This document shows, piece by piece, positions 50,163 through 63,077 of a stretch of 64,000 bases of DNA (the first letter of the stretch is position 1; the number at the start of each line of letters is the position of its first letter). Position numbers and translations under genes: made by a program. Below the pieces are notes generated by a model. That model made no database searches and was not told the DNA's origin. It saw only the letters and a program-made list of their open reading frames with translations. Source of the DNA: Trichoplax adhaerens. Lineage: Eukaryota > Animalia > Placozoa. The stretch spans positions 653,788 to 717,787 of the forward strand of contig NW_002060968.1 in the NCBI RefSeq assembly GCF_000150275.1, written 5' to 3'.

Positions 50163-51669
50163 TAGCTATCGATGAAACTGCTCTCTACGAAGTAAAATAC
50201 AACGACAAGATGCCGGGCTCGACTGTCCTAATGAACATAATACCTATTGGTCAAACTGCTTTCTACGTAGTAAAATACGATGACAAGATGCCGGACTCGA
50301 CTGTGCTAATGAACATAATAGCTATGGATGAAGCTGCTCTCTACGTAGTAAAATACGATGACAAGATGCCGGACTCAACTGTACTAATCAACATAATAGC
50401 TATGGACGAAGCTGCTTTCTACTTAGTAAAATACGATGGCAAGATGCCGGACTCGACTGTGCTAATGAACATAATAGCTATGGATGAAGCTGCTCTCTAC
50501 GTAGTAAAATACAATTCCAAGTTGCCGGACTCAACTGTACTAATCAACATAATAGCTATGGACGAAGCTGCTTTCTACTTAGTAAAATACGATGACAAGA
50601 TGCCGGACTCGACTATACTAATCAACATAATACCTATTGGTCAAACTGCTCTCTAGGTAGTAAAATACAATTCCAAGATGCCGGACTCGACTATACTAAT
50701 CAACATAATACCTATTGGTCAAACTGCTCTCTAGGTAGTAAAATACAATTCCAAGATGCCGGACTCGACTATACTAATCAACATAATACCTATTGGTCAA
50801 ACTGCTCTCTAGGTAGTAAAATACAATTCCAAGATGCCGGACTCGACTGTACTAATCAACATAATAGCTATCGATGAAGCTGCTCTCTACGTAGTAAAAT
50901 ACAATTCCAAGTTGTCGGACTCAACTGTACTAATCAACATAATAGCTATGGATGAAGCTGCTCTCTACGCAGTAAAATACAATTCTAAAGATGCCGGACT
51001 CGACCGTGCTAATCAACATAATACCTATTGGTCAAACTGCTCTTTAGGTAGTAAAATACAATTCCAAGATGCCGGACTCGACTGTACTAATCAACATAAT
51101 AGCTATGGATGAAGCTGCTCTCTACGTAGTAAAATACGATGACAAGATGCCGGACTCGACTGTGCTAATGAACATAATAGCTATTGATGAAGCTGCTCTC
51201 TACGCAGTAAAATACAATTCCAAGATGCCGGACTCGACTGTACTAATGAAAATAATAAGTATAGTAGAGTCCGGCATCCTGTAATTCTACAATTTTACTA
51301 GCTATTGGTCAAACTGCTCTCTAAGTAGTAAAATACAATGACAAGATGCCGGACTCTACTGTACTGTACTAATGAACATAATAGCTATTGATGAAGCTGC
51401 TCTCTACGTAGTAAAATACAATTCCAAGATGCCGGACTCGACTGTACTAATGAAAATAATACCAATTGGTCAAACTGCTCTCTAGGTAGTAAAATACAAT
51501 TCCATGATGCCGGACTCGACTGTGCTAATGAAAATAATACCTATTGGTCAAACTGCTCTCTAGGTAGTAAAATACAATTCCAAGATGCCGGACTCTACTC
51601 TTCTAATGAAAATAATACCTATTGGTCAAACTGCTATCGAGTTAGTAAAATACAATTCCAAGATGCCTG
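50163..51669. repeat. 78-bp tandem repeat (minisatellite), ~19 units in two blocks
   Basis: Core (A/T)TGCCGGACTC or a close variant at 50210, 50288, 50366, 50444, 50522, 50600, 50678, 50756, 50834, 50912, 50991, 51069, 51147, 51225, 51346, 51429, 51507, 51585 and 51663. Confidence 0.96.
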
Positions 51670-52089
51670 GACACATCTTTCATACAGAACTAAATAAGAT
51701 GTGTTCAGACTTTCCGGACCCCCTGTACTAGTAGCAAAAATCATTATAAAGTGATGCTGTACTTGGAACTTTTTGTTTGGGGAAGAAAGTGAAACATAAA
51801 AAGAGACACTCTTGTCTCGATAATTGCACTCTCAATCCAATCATTTCTCATAGAATATGCCATGGTGTAGTGAAGCTGCAGGATTCGTTATTCTTGTCAG
51901 CATGCTATGCAAAAGTATATTACTAGACCAGAATTGCTGTATCTAGCGATGGTTTCGATCACTCAGGGTTGTTAAATTCAGCTTTGTCAAAACTAATCCT
52001 ATCCACACATTTTCGTTCATATACCAAGTCCTGTAGGTTCAAGCAATGTAAATCAAACATTTGTTGTTTACAACCTTGGAATTGTAAGC

Positions 52090-52460
52090 TCGATGTCGTA
52101 TTCAGGCAGCTAGGTTATTTCCATAGAGCTATGGGGTCTCAGATCTGCTACTATTGTTGTAAGAAAGTTAACCTGGCTTCCAGATATGGTTACATTATAA
52201 CGTGGTATCTCAAATCGATAGACAATCTGAGATAAATTCTCTCTTTAGGTGATCTAAACGTCGACTGGAGTTGTCAAACAAGTTGTGGTACACGTCTTCA
52301 AAAAATGCTACTGAAACGGTTAGAATTAATAAAGTCAGTCATTACAGGATAGACTTCAGAGACATGATTCGATCCATTACATCTCCCCATTTCGTATAAG
52401 ATATTCTGCTGTGAATATAAAATATATCCGCAATACGATTTTAGTATAGCTACTGTGCAG
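52090..52460 (+). mobile_element. Decayed APE-type (EEP) endonuclease fragment, probably from a CR1/L2-type LINE
   Basis: One frame with stops reads LDVVFRQL...*ILSLGDLNVDWSCQTSCGTRLQKMLLKRLELIKSVITG*TSET*FD...YDFSI. This follows the order of the LINE endonuclease motifs YRPP, GDFN, TxxD and SDH; GDLNVDW is at 52248-52268. Confidence 0.5.
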
Positions 52461-54661
52461 TGTACAGGAACCAATTGTGGTTTAACGCTACCATGTAAAT
52501 AAAATAAAATACTGTACTGGTTATCATCTGACATTTTCAAAACATTTGATCATAATACGGTAGCTTGAAACTACAGTTGATCCACAATTTTACTGTATAT
52601 CGAGGTTAAAGCTATCAAAGCTGATTATAATAGAGGGCTGCCAGATCAATGCTTTTCCTAAACGAATATAAGTAATGGTCGTTCCTGAATTGAAAGTAAC
52701 AATTTCCTTCTGTTTATAATGATGAGATTCAAGGTAAGCTAAAGCGTTTCAATATATATTCATACATTCTCGTATGCACAATCCATACGAATAAGGCGCA
52801 TCGCCGTGTATGCTAGTAAGTTTTACTGAAACCGAAACTTCCGCTAATGATACATTGCTATACTACCCACTGCCTTGATAGCCGGCTTAAGGCATTGCAA
52901 AATATTATATTTAGTCATAGACTCCTAAAAGAGTAGCCCATAACTTACTGTACTGTACATTGTAAAGTATACAACGCAGAATGGCAAATTTATACATATC
53001 CCTGCTTAACCATTGGTAGCATCTAAGCTTTGTCAAAGTATAAATTCAATTTATGATCAGCCTAGTAATGATCTGTCAACAATATTTAGACAACATACAA
53101 AAGGCTATTCTTACAGTATGGTTTTCATAGTCGGTTTTATTAATTGGCAAGCAAAAATGGATAAAATTGTTACTCGTGAATCAAGTCAAGTACTTTCGTT
53201 AATATTAGCTCTGTTATATACTACTGTAAGTAAGTGACTACATAGGATATCCGGTTTATGCCTCTATAGGCTGGAATGATCTCCATATGATAGTGCTTGT
53301 AAGATTTTGCGGTTTAGTATGGTTTGAGTAATGCCTTAATTAGCATCATCAACAATGATTTACTGTAAGAGAAAAGCAATTGCCGATATACCTTGTCTTT
53401 GGATGATCCATTTGCAAAAATGATCATATTATGTACAGTAAGTATAGATCTAGTCAGGACTTTATTCTTAGGGTTGTTTCTACATAGTGCACATTTTCTA
53501 AGAGAGAATCATTTCATAACTGCTATCGTAAGATACTAATTGTCGTAATGTAGAAATTTCAGGTAATTTATTAATAACATTTTCGTTTTGTTTATCGGTA
53601 GAAAACAAAATAAAATATATATTTTATTTCAAAATTGTAGTTTGAGGGGCTAGCTGATTAAATGCTTAGAAGATGGCTAATGAAATATTGTAAACATCCC
53701 AGTACTACCTTACAACAATCTACGGGTAATTTATAGACTAACCAATGGACAAGTGTGGTCTTATCTCTAATCTACGAGTCGTTAAAAACGGCAAAAGTGT
53801 TTTGTTGTAGAGTTAATAATGTAATCTGACTAAATGGTATTTCTCTAAGCTTTGCTACAATGCCCGACTAAGCTTTAGCCAATAATTTATTATGGCAAAC
53901 GTTTCTGCGTAGTGGCAATACAAGGCTAACCCTTTCAATATTTATCAAGCGTAATACGGTAATCCGTTGGTATAATCCAAATAGATTAAATTAATTATTG
54001 TTAGGACAGATTCTACAGTAATAAGAAACAATAATAGTTTAACATTAACGTAGCTGATTTAATATGACAGCTATGCCTTATTGATGGACTGCCACAAAAT
54101 TCCCTGCTTTGCAACCTCAAATGTATCAAAATGGAAAGTTACAGAATAAATATGTTCATAATCACTTATTCTGAAATCCATTATTAAATTAGAGGATTTT
54201 TAGTAATTATCGTGGATAAATACTGTAAAAGTGAAAAAGTTCAAGGGATAAGAAACAATACCGCTGGTATTGCGAAGGCTCAATTAATAGCTATCCGGTT
54301 TTTCACGTCTAAAATTTCGAATTCTACAATTAAACAGCTCATTTGAAACCATGTCAACGTCTTTCATTAAGAATTTGTCTTTTACTTTTAATAGTTTATC
54401 ATCATTTGATGTTGCCCTGAGATATAAGTTGTTTGTATTTTTACGAACGCAGCGAAAATACCATGGCTGATCTGATTCTAAATAATAATAAGCTTTACAA
54501 GAACATATGGTCTATTGTATTTATCTAATGATGTCATTATTAGCTTTGATAATTATAGAATCTGCCTTACATGATAATAATGGTATTCATGTGGTATAGG
54601 AATGAAAGAGATTTGTCAACAGATACATTCCGGGCTTTGCGTTTCCCATAAATTAAATCGG

Positions 54662-55115
54662 AACATTTCTTTGTCTGGTACAAAGTTGAAAAAAATTCAT
54701 TAACTTTGTTTATTGATTTATGAATATGACCTAGGTGATATTGCCTACGTTTTATGAGGATGAACATTTATGGGAATTTGTCACAAATTTCTTCTTTGTG
54801 AACGCTTAACTCCTCTAATAACTAATATCCTAATACATTCGGGGGGGGGGTACGTGCAGGTAATCAATTACTGGAAAAGTATTCAGTTAGAAAGATAGTT
54901 TATTTGTTGTATCACTCGACTAGCCTTTATCATACTGAATTTCGGAACTCTCCTAGTCATTGTGAGCTCATTCCTTTCATAATCTCGCATGGTGGCAAGG
55001 CACGGTAACATTTCTTTGTGTAGTACAAAATTGAAAAAATTCATTAACTTTGTTCATTGCTATACGAATATGACTCAGGTGATATGACGTACATTTTATA
55101 AGGATTAAGATTTAT
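54662..55115. repeat. Pair of ~110-bp imperfect direct repeats flanking a G10 run
   Basis: 54662-54771 and 55007-55115 share AACATTTCTTTGT...TACAAA.TTGAAAAAATTCATTAACTTTGTT...GAATATGAC..AGGTGATAT; G10 at 54841-54850. Confidence 0.8.
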
Positions 55116-58100
55116 AGTTATATATCGAAGAGGATTAATTAACGGCTGCTATTATTCTAACAAAATTTAGCATCTTGTAAAGTGCAAAAAATCTATTATC
55201 ACAGAATGCTTGCTGACATATGTACTAGTTTAACCTAAGCATTCACTTTGAGTTCCTCCGGTAGATTACTGCGGTTTACACGTTTAGATTTCGTTTGAAT
55301 GTACGTGTATAATCTGCTCTTTATTTCTAATCTCGACGTCTTATATATACCTTTTTTTCTGGTATTTCCAGTACATTCCATCTCATATCAGTGTTATCAG
55401 TAATACTTTAGTGTGTAGTGAACAGCCATAACACAATTATACCCTTAAATATTTACATAACAGTACTGAATGACGAGCTAATCGTGCGTATGATATTTCG
55501 CTACTAATTATGACAGTGTAGTGCACTTAAGAATCGTAATAACTACCTTGATCTGTCGTAAGATCTAGTAAAACTACAACACTACTACTATAACCCTCAA
55601 GAACTACCCTAAGAACAAACTCCTCTTAAAGGCTTATAATTATGACCAGTAGAGATACGCTATCCTGCAGTGTACAAAGCAGTTTTATAATGTAATACTG
55701 AAATATTGTACGCAACAATATTTCCAGAAACTCTATTATTTAGGTAGTTGTAATGGTTTGCATAGATGAAAGTATGTTAGTAGGCTGTGGCTGATGATAA
55801 AACGGTGAAGTACTGTATTTCGTTCTTTTAGTAGGTACTAGAACCTATACGGATTGCTTCTATAGTACATAGCAGACTGTACCCAAATGTTTTATTCTTG
55901 AGGATTAGCGGTTTCGACGCAGTAAAGGACCGAAGTCGATCTAAGTTCCTACGAACGTACCAGCAGTGAGGCTAATACAGCATCATGGAGTCGTAACAGA
56001 AACATACAACATTGCGAAATGCTCTTACCAACGCACACTACAATTGACTCGTAAAGTAAATTCCTTTAATTTTACTCGTAAATTAAAGCCTCTTCTTCTT
56101 TATCTTCTGGAAACAGCATTAGCTGCAAAGCATGCCATTTAATTTTCAGATAATCTAGCAGAATAGTATTCATTTCGTCGAGCCAATGATCTTTCGCTAC
56201 AATTTCGTTCAAATATGACGACTATTATAAATATACCAGTGTAAGATGTTAATTACTATTATCTAATTACTTTCTAAACCACGAAACTTCTGCAATACGA
56301 TAATTCCATCCAATTGCTTTTGCGAAAGTAATTATCACATTTATTTGTAGGAAAGACTAATTTCGATATTGCCATTCATAAAGTAATCATTCTTAAAATA
56401 AAACGCAAAGTTAAGCGGGTCTAGCTTAGGACAGTAAAATGGACTTTTCTTGGTAGCAACTATTGAATTACAAAATACTCTTAAGTATTTGTACAATTCG
56501 TAAAAATTTTTAAAGTATATGCAAAAGGCAAACAATATTAATGTCCTCATTTAGCATTTACATCTAGTTCAAGTCATCTTTTCTCGCAAATATAGGAATA
56601 AATGAAAATTTTTCATGATATTGTTATATATCGTAGATTTTAAGACTAAATGGAGTAAAATATACCGTTTACGGTTTACCTTCTGCCATCTTGACTTTAC
56701 ATATTTCCACGTTTTACCGGTTAGGACTGTGCATGTATATGCAATATAACGATCTAATTATAAATAAAGCTAGCGTTGTTATTGTGCTAACGTAATACAC
56801 CTATAAGCATAGCGATACTCAGATACACAAAAATTTCTATATTTTGTAATCGCATTTAAATTTGCAACGAGAAATAGAGCAACACAGAAATTTCGTATAT
56901 ATAGTAGCTAACATAATAATACCCGTAGTTAAAATGGTATTGTCAAAGCTATACTTAGACCTAAAATGTTTGCTATACTACTCTTGCCAGCTATTTCAGG
57001 GCGATAGTCAGTCAGTGCTGCAATAAAAATTAATGCTATTTGTCATGCGCAGGATTATACTACAATATTAAGTACTTAAATTTATAAATACTGCAGGTAA
57101 TTCAAATTTTTCAACGCATTTTTTTTAATAGGTCTTTTCTCGATTTCGTAAATCACTCTATTGATGTACATAAATTTTGCAATCTACTTGATATCAAGAA
57201 ATGTATTGCACCCGCTACATCATCTCTTATTTTAGTCAAAAGCAATTTATTTTTCTAGTAGCTATTTTGCTTTGCGTACAGTTTCTATTTAGTTCCAGAA
57301 TGATATCCACAAAGATAGCAGACGCCTAGGTCGTTTACTAAACATTTTTGAAAATGCTAGTGTTACAGTGTTAAATACTGTATTACAGTAGAAATAACTA
57401 TGTTAGGATAATTCTGTTAGACTATCCTTATTTAGTTAAATTCTAATTTGGATATACTGTATTTTAATATAGCACTGACTTTTTATGACAGTGACACTTA
57501 TACACATACTGAAATTATAATAGTTATAATAGGGAATGCAAATCATCTGCTTACAGTTCGAATCATTGTGATTGTAATTTACTTATGGTAGACTGTAAAT
57601 TATCATGGAAATGTTCCGTGATAGGACATATCGTAATCTGACTATTCTGTATTAGTCATTACATGTCTATGTTCGTAAATACTGTTGTCTGCATTAAGGG
57701 AGCAGTAGCTAAAATTAATATCTAATTCAGTAAATGATTCTAATGTTAATTGTATTAACTATGACTCATGAACTATTGAGGAATAGTATATAAATGCAGT
57801 ATATCGTGAAATAAAGGAGAATTGTCCAACTTAGTGTTTAACGTAAAATACGAGGCGTTTAAGTCTTTGTGTAGTCTGCTAGTAGAGCAAAAGTGTTTGT
57901 GATAGTGCAGATATCGTTCCTTGATACGTGGTTCAAGGAATTGACTTATTGATCGTATATTGCGTTATCTTGTTGCAAAGCTGTTTTGTGACAGCTAGCA
58001 ATTTATTGCAATACTGTGGAGGAAGATGAATAAGTTGGCCCCTAAGAGTAATAGATGCTAGATTTAATATGCCATGAACTAAGTAGAATTATTATGTCTC

Positions 58101-60399
58101 ATTAAGCCATCGCTTTAAAATAATCGTTCATAACAGGAAGTATCATTAATCTTGTACCGCGCACTTAATTAGGAAATCAAGCAAAAAGTGTCGAAATCTT
58201 ATAATAATATTTTTTTCCTGTCTGCTTGAATTCTAATTTGCTGGGAGAAAATTGTTTTATCTCAATAGAATCGTAAATGATTTTTTATCTTACTGTCTTA
58301 ATTTATATGTAATTACGTCTTTGCTCTATATAATAACTAAGAATTATTGTCTAGTATTATTAATCAAGTCTGGTATTTTTCGAATTGAATAAGTTCAATG
58401 AAAAATTTAAGTACAAAATAATTTAAATAATAGCGATGAATGTAATGTATACTTTTAATGTAATTGCAGGTTTATGACATAGTAATGCAGCCATATCGTC
58501 AACTCAAGTAAATTAGATTAGTGTTGACATTTATACTGTACTATTGTATATAATTCTAATCGTGCTCCTATACTGTATATGAGTATGCTGCTAGAAATTA
58601 GTAGTATCATCATACAATGTAAAACTGAAAATAAGTAAACTTTTTTATCTTATATAGATAAAGTCGCACTCAAGAATGCATTTGATAGCGTCGTAAAAAT
58701 TTGCTATAGTGCTTATGCAGTCAATTTCATTAAACAATATCACACAAGGGCAATCTTTAATGCTTTAAATTAATTGGCTAGTTTGATAAAAAATAGTTAC
58801 AACACGAGCCCATTCAATGGATAAAATCGTAATATATTTTGTATAAAAGTCTGCAATTTAACTATAGTATTTTTTCTTTTTATCTTGTATGTTTAATGCT
58901 GACAACATTGCAGACATTGATTATCATTAATATAAATTTACGAAACGCTATCAAAGATGGAATCGAAAAATATTGGCAGTCAGTACGGAAATGTTTAATT
59001 AGTTTTATATTATCGCTAAATAACTTGTGTTATGCATAATATCATATATGATCTACTAGAACCGAAAAATGTTGGCACAGATTTGACTGCTCATATTCTA
59101 TACCAATTAAGTATTAGCAGCTGCTGATTCTATATTAAAATTACTAAACCGTTTTGCATAGGCGAATACAGATTTTTGCTACTTTCAGCGATTCAATTAT
59201 GTCTGAAATAATCAATGAACACAATAGTCTAGTAGTAAAATTAAGCATTCATTAGACTGAATGATAAAATAAAATTATTGTAAATATTCTCCGTAAAGTT
59301 ATTTCAATAGGAATTTACTCGTCATAGTAAATACTTATAATGCATCATTATGTTCGCATAAGTATTGTTGAAGCCTTAGTTTATGATGTAGTAGCTGCAT
59401 TATTTTGTAGAAAATCATTTACTAATTTAATTTTATAACAGAATCGATCAGAATTGAACTTCATTGTGATGCAAATTATTTAGTATCGTGTTTCATGGAA
59501 ATTATTTGATTGTAAAAGTTCAGTAGATGGCTATTCTAATACTGCTGTAATTTATTACATTGTTGTATTGTTATATTATCGATAAAATTTAAGAATAAAA
59601 CAGTCATCTCTGATACCAGACAAAATATGCTGATTACTTATCATTGTCATCTTTATGCTTTCAATGTAAGAGCATATCAAAATGCTACTTTGGATTTCAG
59701 TATAAAGAAGTTATACCTATATTAACAGAATATTATAGTTATAAGCTTCAATTTTTCAACTCCAAGAGAATATTTTATTAAATGAAGGCATAACAATAAA
59801 TTAGATAATACTTAAACTTACAAGAATTGGCAAAAATGAAAGAAATACGTAGAGAAGTATTGAAACATCTACTTTTTACTTTAATATTTTTAAACCAAGC
59901 ATAAAGTTAACCGTCATTAAATGCGTCAACTTATTCTTAAATATAATATGCCATTTCATTTTGTAAAATGATTACAGCATAAAGCAATAGCTCGGCTTAC
60001 AATATCAGTATCAATGATATTGACTAAAAATGATTTCATGATGAGATATTGTTTATTACAAATATACGTTATTAGTATAAGGAATATTTCAAATCGTAAG
60101 AAAGCAAACACCATCATTAAAGATATTTCAAGATGGTAGTAATATCAAAATTGAAATTGAAGAGTGTGAAATATTGTTTAGCTGCTATTTCAAAATTCAA
60201 TAGATTTTCTCCCAGTCTGTCCAATGACTGCTCATTACATGTGATAACATAATTCGCTAGCTTGACATGAAGTTAAAATTCTCTTATCGACATTCATTTA
60301 CATTGCCTAAAGCATTCACATTGTTAATTTATTTGTAAAAAACACGCGAAAATAACTTAAAGAAAATTAGGCATTTAAACTTATTAGGATAATGTATAA

Positions 60400-60473
60400 A
60401 CACATGCAAAAACATATATACACTCTAACACACATGCACACACGCACACACAGGCATACACACTCTCGCATAC
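60400..60473. repeat. Imperfect (CA)n microsatellite
   Basis: ACACACATGCACACACGCACACACAGGCATACACAC, read directly. Confidence 0.75.
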
Positions 60474-61892
60474 TTCTACGCGAAGAGTTTACATAGCACC
60501 CTTGTACTCAAATAAATGCACACAGGTAGACAAAAGTAGATCCAAACACTAAGCCTTTTAATCTATATTTCGACCTCTAATACTTTGATAAGGCTTAGGG
60601 GAAAAATTTGATGGACATTGCTCCACATAGAGTTGTATTCAAATATACGTATCTCTTGTATTACTCCGCGTACGTACAGAATATTAAATATGCGTACAAG
60701 AAATATGTATAATCTATAATTCTATTTTTACACAAGTGTAAACTTCTCAATATTAAGAAAGACATTTGTATGGCAGATGAAGATAAAGTCGTTCTGAGAA
60801 GACTTAAAATGTTAATCTAGGGATGACAAGAATTATTCTTGGTTAAATAGTTTCACATAAAATCTCATTTGCGATTCATGTAGATGGCACGATGAGAGCT
60901 TTCAAATGGATACATAATCAAGTAGAATTTCATCATATGTGTTAATATAAGTTGACCCCGTGGACATCTATTACCATCATTGTAGATGCTAAAATCCAAA
61001 TTGGAGGCACGAGTTCAGTTAAATAATTGTTAGCTATCCAAGACATCACGTTAATCAGAATTATATTCAGCTTGCCTTAAATGAATCCATTGAGTTCATT
61101 CTAGTTTAATCTTGGATATGACATAAGTGAGAAAATATGAAACCAGGCAATAATAGCACAGGAAACGGCCGTTGAGAATGATAAATCAATTGTTGTTTTC
61201 CAATAATGGTGACAAAGCTTGGTGTAACAATTAATCAATTGATGAATTTATCATAATTTAATAAAATCAATCTATTGATAGAATCATGAATAAAATGATA
61301 TGCAAGGATTGGTCACCTCATGAATTCAAACAAAGTCAAACGATTGATTTTGTTAACATTGAAATGCAATGGAAGAAAATGAATATTTTTAGCCTCTAAC
61401 ATAGCCAATAGGCATTCAAGCACAATTTGTGACCAACTATAATCGATGAAATCAAGAAATTGAATCAGCGTCCACATCGGACTCGTATTTGAATTCATTC
61501 TTACAATATGAATTCCAGTTTAAATTTAGCTATGACTAACATTTCAATCCCTACTAAATTGAACAGTAAATTAGAACTTAAGAAAAAAGAATAGCTGTAA
61601 TTTATTTTTAATCTATCATCATACACTCAATGGAATAACATGTTGAATTGCTTCGATAAACACTAAATTCATAGCCAATTACGGTAGATTTAAGTAATCT
61701 CATTTCCTTCGTCTTTGATTTTTTACTTCAACGGAAATACTATCTCCTACCGTAAAGTTTATCGTTACTTACTAACTGATGTCAATGCAGCTTAATTTAG
61801 AAACATAGTATTACACAAGAAGAAGAATTTAACAACATTTTCTCTTAATAGCATGTATATGCTGTCTAGCAAGACAGATTCGATAGCAACGT

Positions 61893-63077
61893 TTATACCG
61901 ATGTTATATGCTTAGAATTACTATTACTTTTTTTCATTTTAGGCGCATCTCCACGATGGTTATTACCGCTACAGTTATAATAGTTATTGTTTGTAGTAGT
62001 AATACTATTTGTCACAGGATTATTGGGAGTAAGATCGCCATTTTTTGTCATAGTATTCGTTCTCCGCATTGAACTAACACTATCATTGCGAAATTTGAAA
62101 CTTAACATGTCATGACGCCTATGTGAATGCTTACTTAAACGGCGCTCTAATTCAGTTACTACTAAATCATTTTTAATACCAAATAAATAAAAAAATCCGA
62201 AACGAAAAGATTTACTGTAGGCAATGCATACTATCGGATTATGGCATGAATTAAATAATGCAAACCATTTACACACTCCCAAAATAATACCCAATTCTGG
62301 TGCATTTAATGGCCGAAATATAAGTATTGTTATGATACTTGAATAAGGCAACCAACACAAAATACTTAATAGTAGCATGGTAACTAACATATTAACAACA
62401 TTTTGATTAGTTTTAAGTGACGCTTTACTGGAAACTTTACCATTTTTCTTATAATGCTTCATATGATAGTAAATAGCAGCATAGATTAATAATGTTAAGA
62501 TAAAAGGGATGGCGTGTGTTAGAGTTTGTGACATGTAATAACCTCTCGCGAATGGACCTGAATCATTCCATTTAGGCCGACACTGATTCACTGCAATTGC
62601 ATCCTGTGAGAACATATCGACGTGCATCTTCATAAATAATGGTGCATTCGACGCAATTGCTAATAACCATACAATGAAAATGACAATAAATGCTCCTCTT
62701 TCATGCAATTGTTGTCTTAGTGGATGAACGATAGCCACATAGCGAGCAGCAGCCATGGCTAACATTTGAAATATAGATACTGTGAACAAGATTTTTTCAG
62801 CGGCAGGCATAATGAAACATAGAAATGCACCTAATGGCCAGCGCACAAAGATATAAGCACATAGACGATAAGGGATAACTAACAAGGCAATAAAGAAGTC
62901 TGCTATGGCTAAATTGCAGATAAAGATATTGGTCACATTTTTTAATCTTCCGGTTGTATTTTGCGTGACCACAATTAGTAACGTTAAATTACCTAAAATA
63001 GCCAAGATCATGGTAGTCGCGTATAAACTGGTAAAGAGTATAATTTCCCATACTCTTGCACCTAACCAGATGTCCAT
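61893..63077 (-). CDS. Rhodopsin-like GPCR of the neuropeptide-receptor type (tachykinin/NPY/RFamide-like), ~394 aa
   Basis: TM1 GN, TNIFICNLAIADF, WPLGAFLC, AARYVAIVHPL, TM4 W, ECL2 C, CWLPY, NSCHNPIVC, helix 8 SKSFR. The first in-frame ATG is at 63077; the ORF-track start at 63083 is TTG. Confidence 0.93.
   Translation of the reverse strand: MDIWLGARVWEIILFTSLYATTMILAILGNLTLLIVVTQNTTGRLKNVTNIFICNLAIADFFIALLVIPYRLCAYIFVRWPLGAFLCFIMPAAEKILFTVSIFQMLAMAAARYVAIVHPLRQQLHERGAFIVIFIVWLLAIASNAPLFMKMHVDMFSQDAIAVNQCRPKWNDSGPFARGYYMSQTLTHAIPFILTLLIYAAIYYHMKHYKKNGKVSSKASLKTNQNVVNMLVTMLLLSILCWLPYSSIITILIFRPLNAPELGIILGVCKWFALFNSCHNPIVCIAYSKSFRFGFFYLFGIKNDLVVTELERRLSKHSHRRHDMLSFKFRNDSVSSMRRTNTMTKNGDLTPNNPVTNSITTTNNNYYNCSGNNHRGDAPKMKKSNSNSKHITSV

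Noticed and set aside
50210-51284. Repeat-protein gene from ORFs 50210-50656, 50834-51112 and 51069-51284
   Set aside because: The ORFs follow from the 78-bp (3n) period; stops recur in the amplified units and +1 and +5 indels break the frame.
50163-51669. CRISPR array
   Set aside because: The variable parts are recurring alternatives, not unique spacers; there are no cas genes and the context is eukaryotic.
52600-61800. Short ORFs of 60-80 aa in this interval
   Set aside because: No recognisable motifs or consistent exon chain; treated as chance ORFs in AT-rich intergenic DNA.
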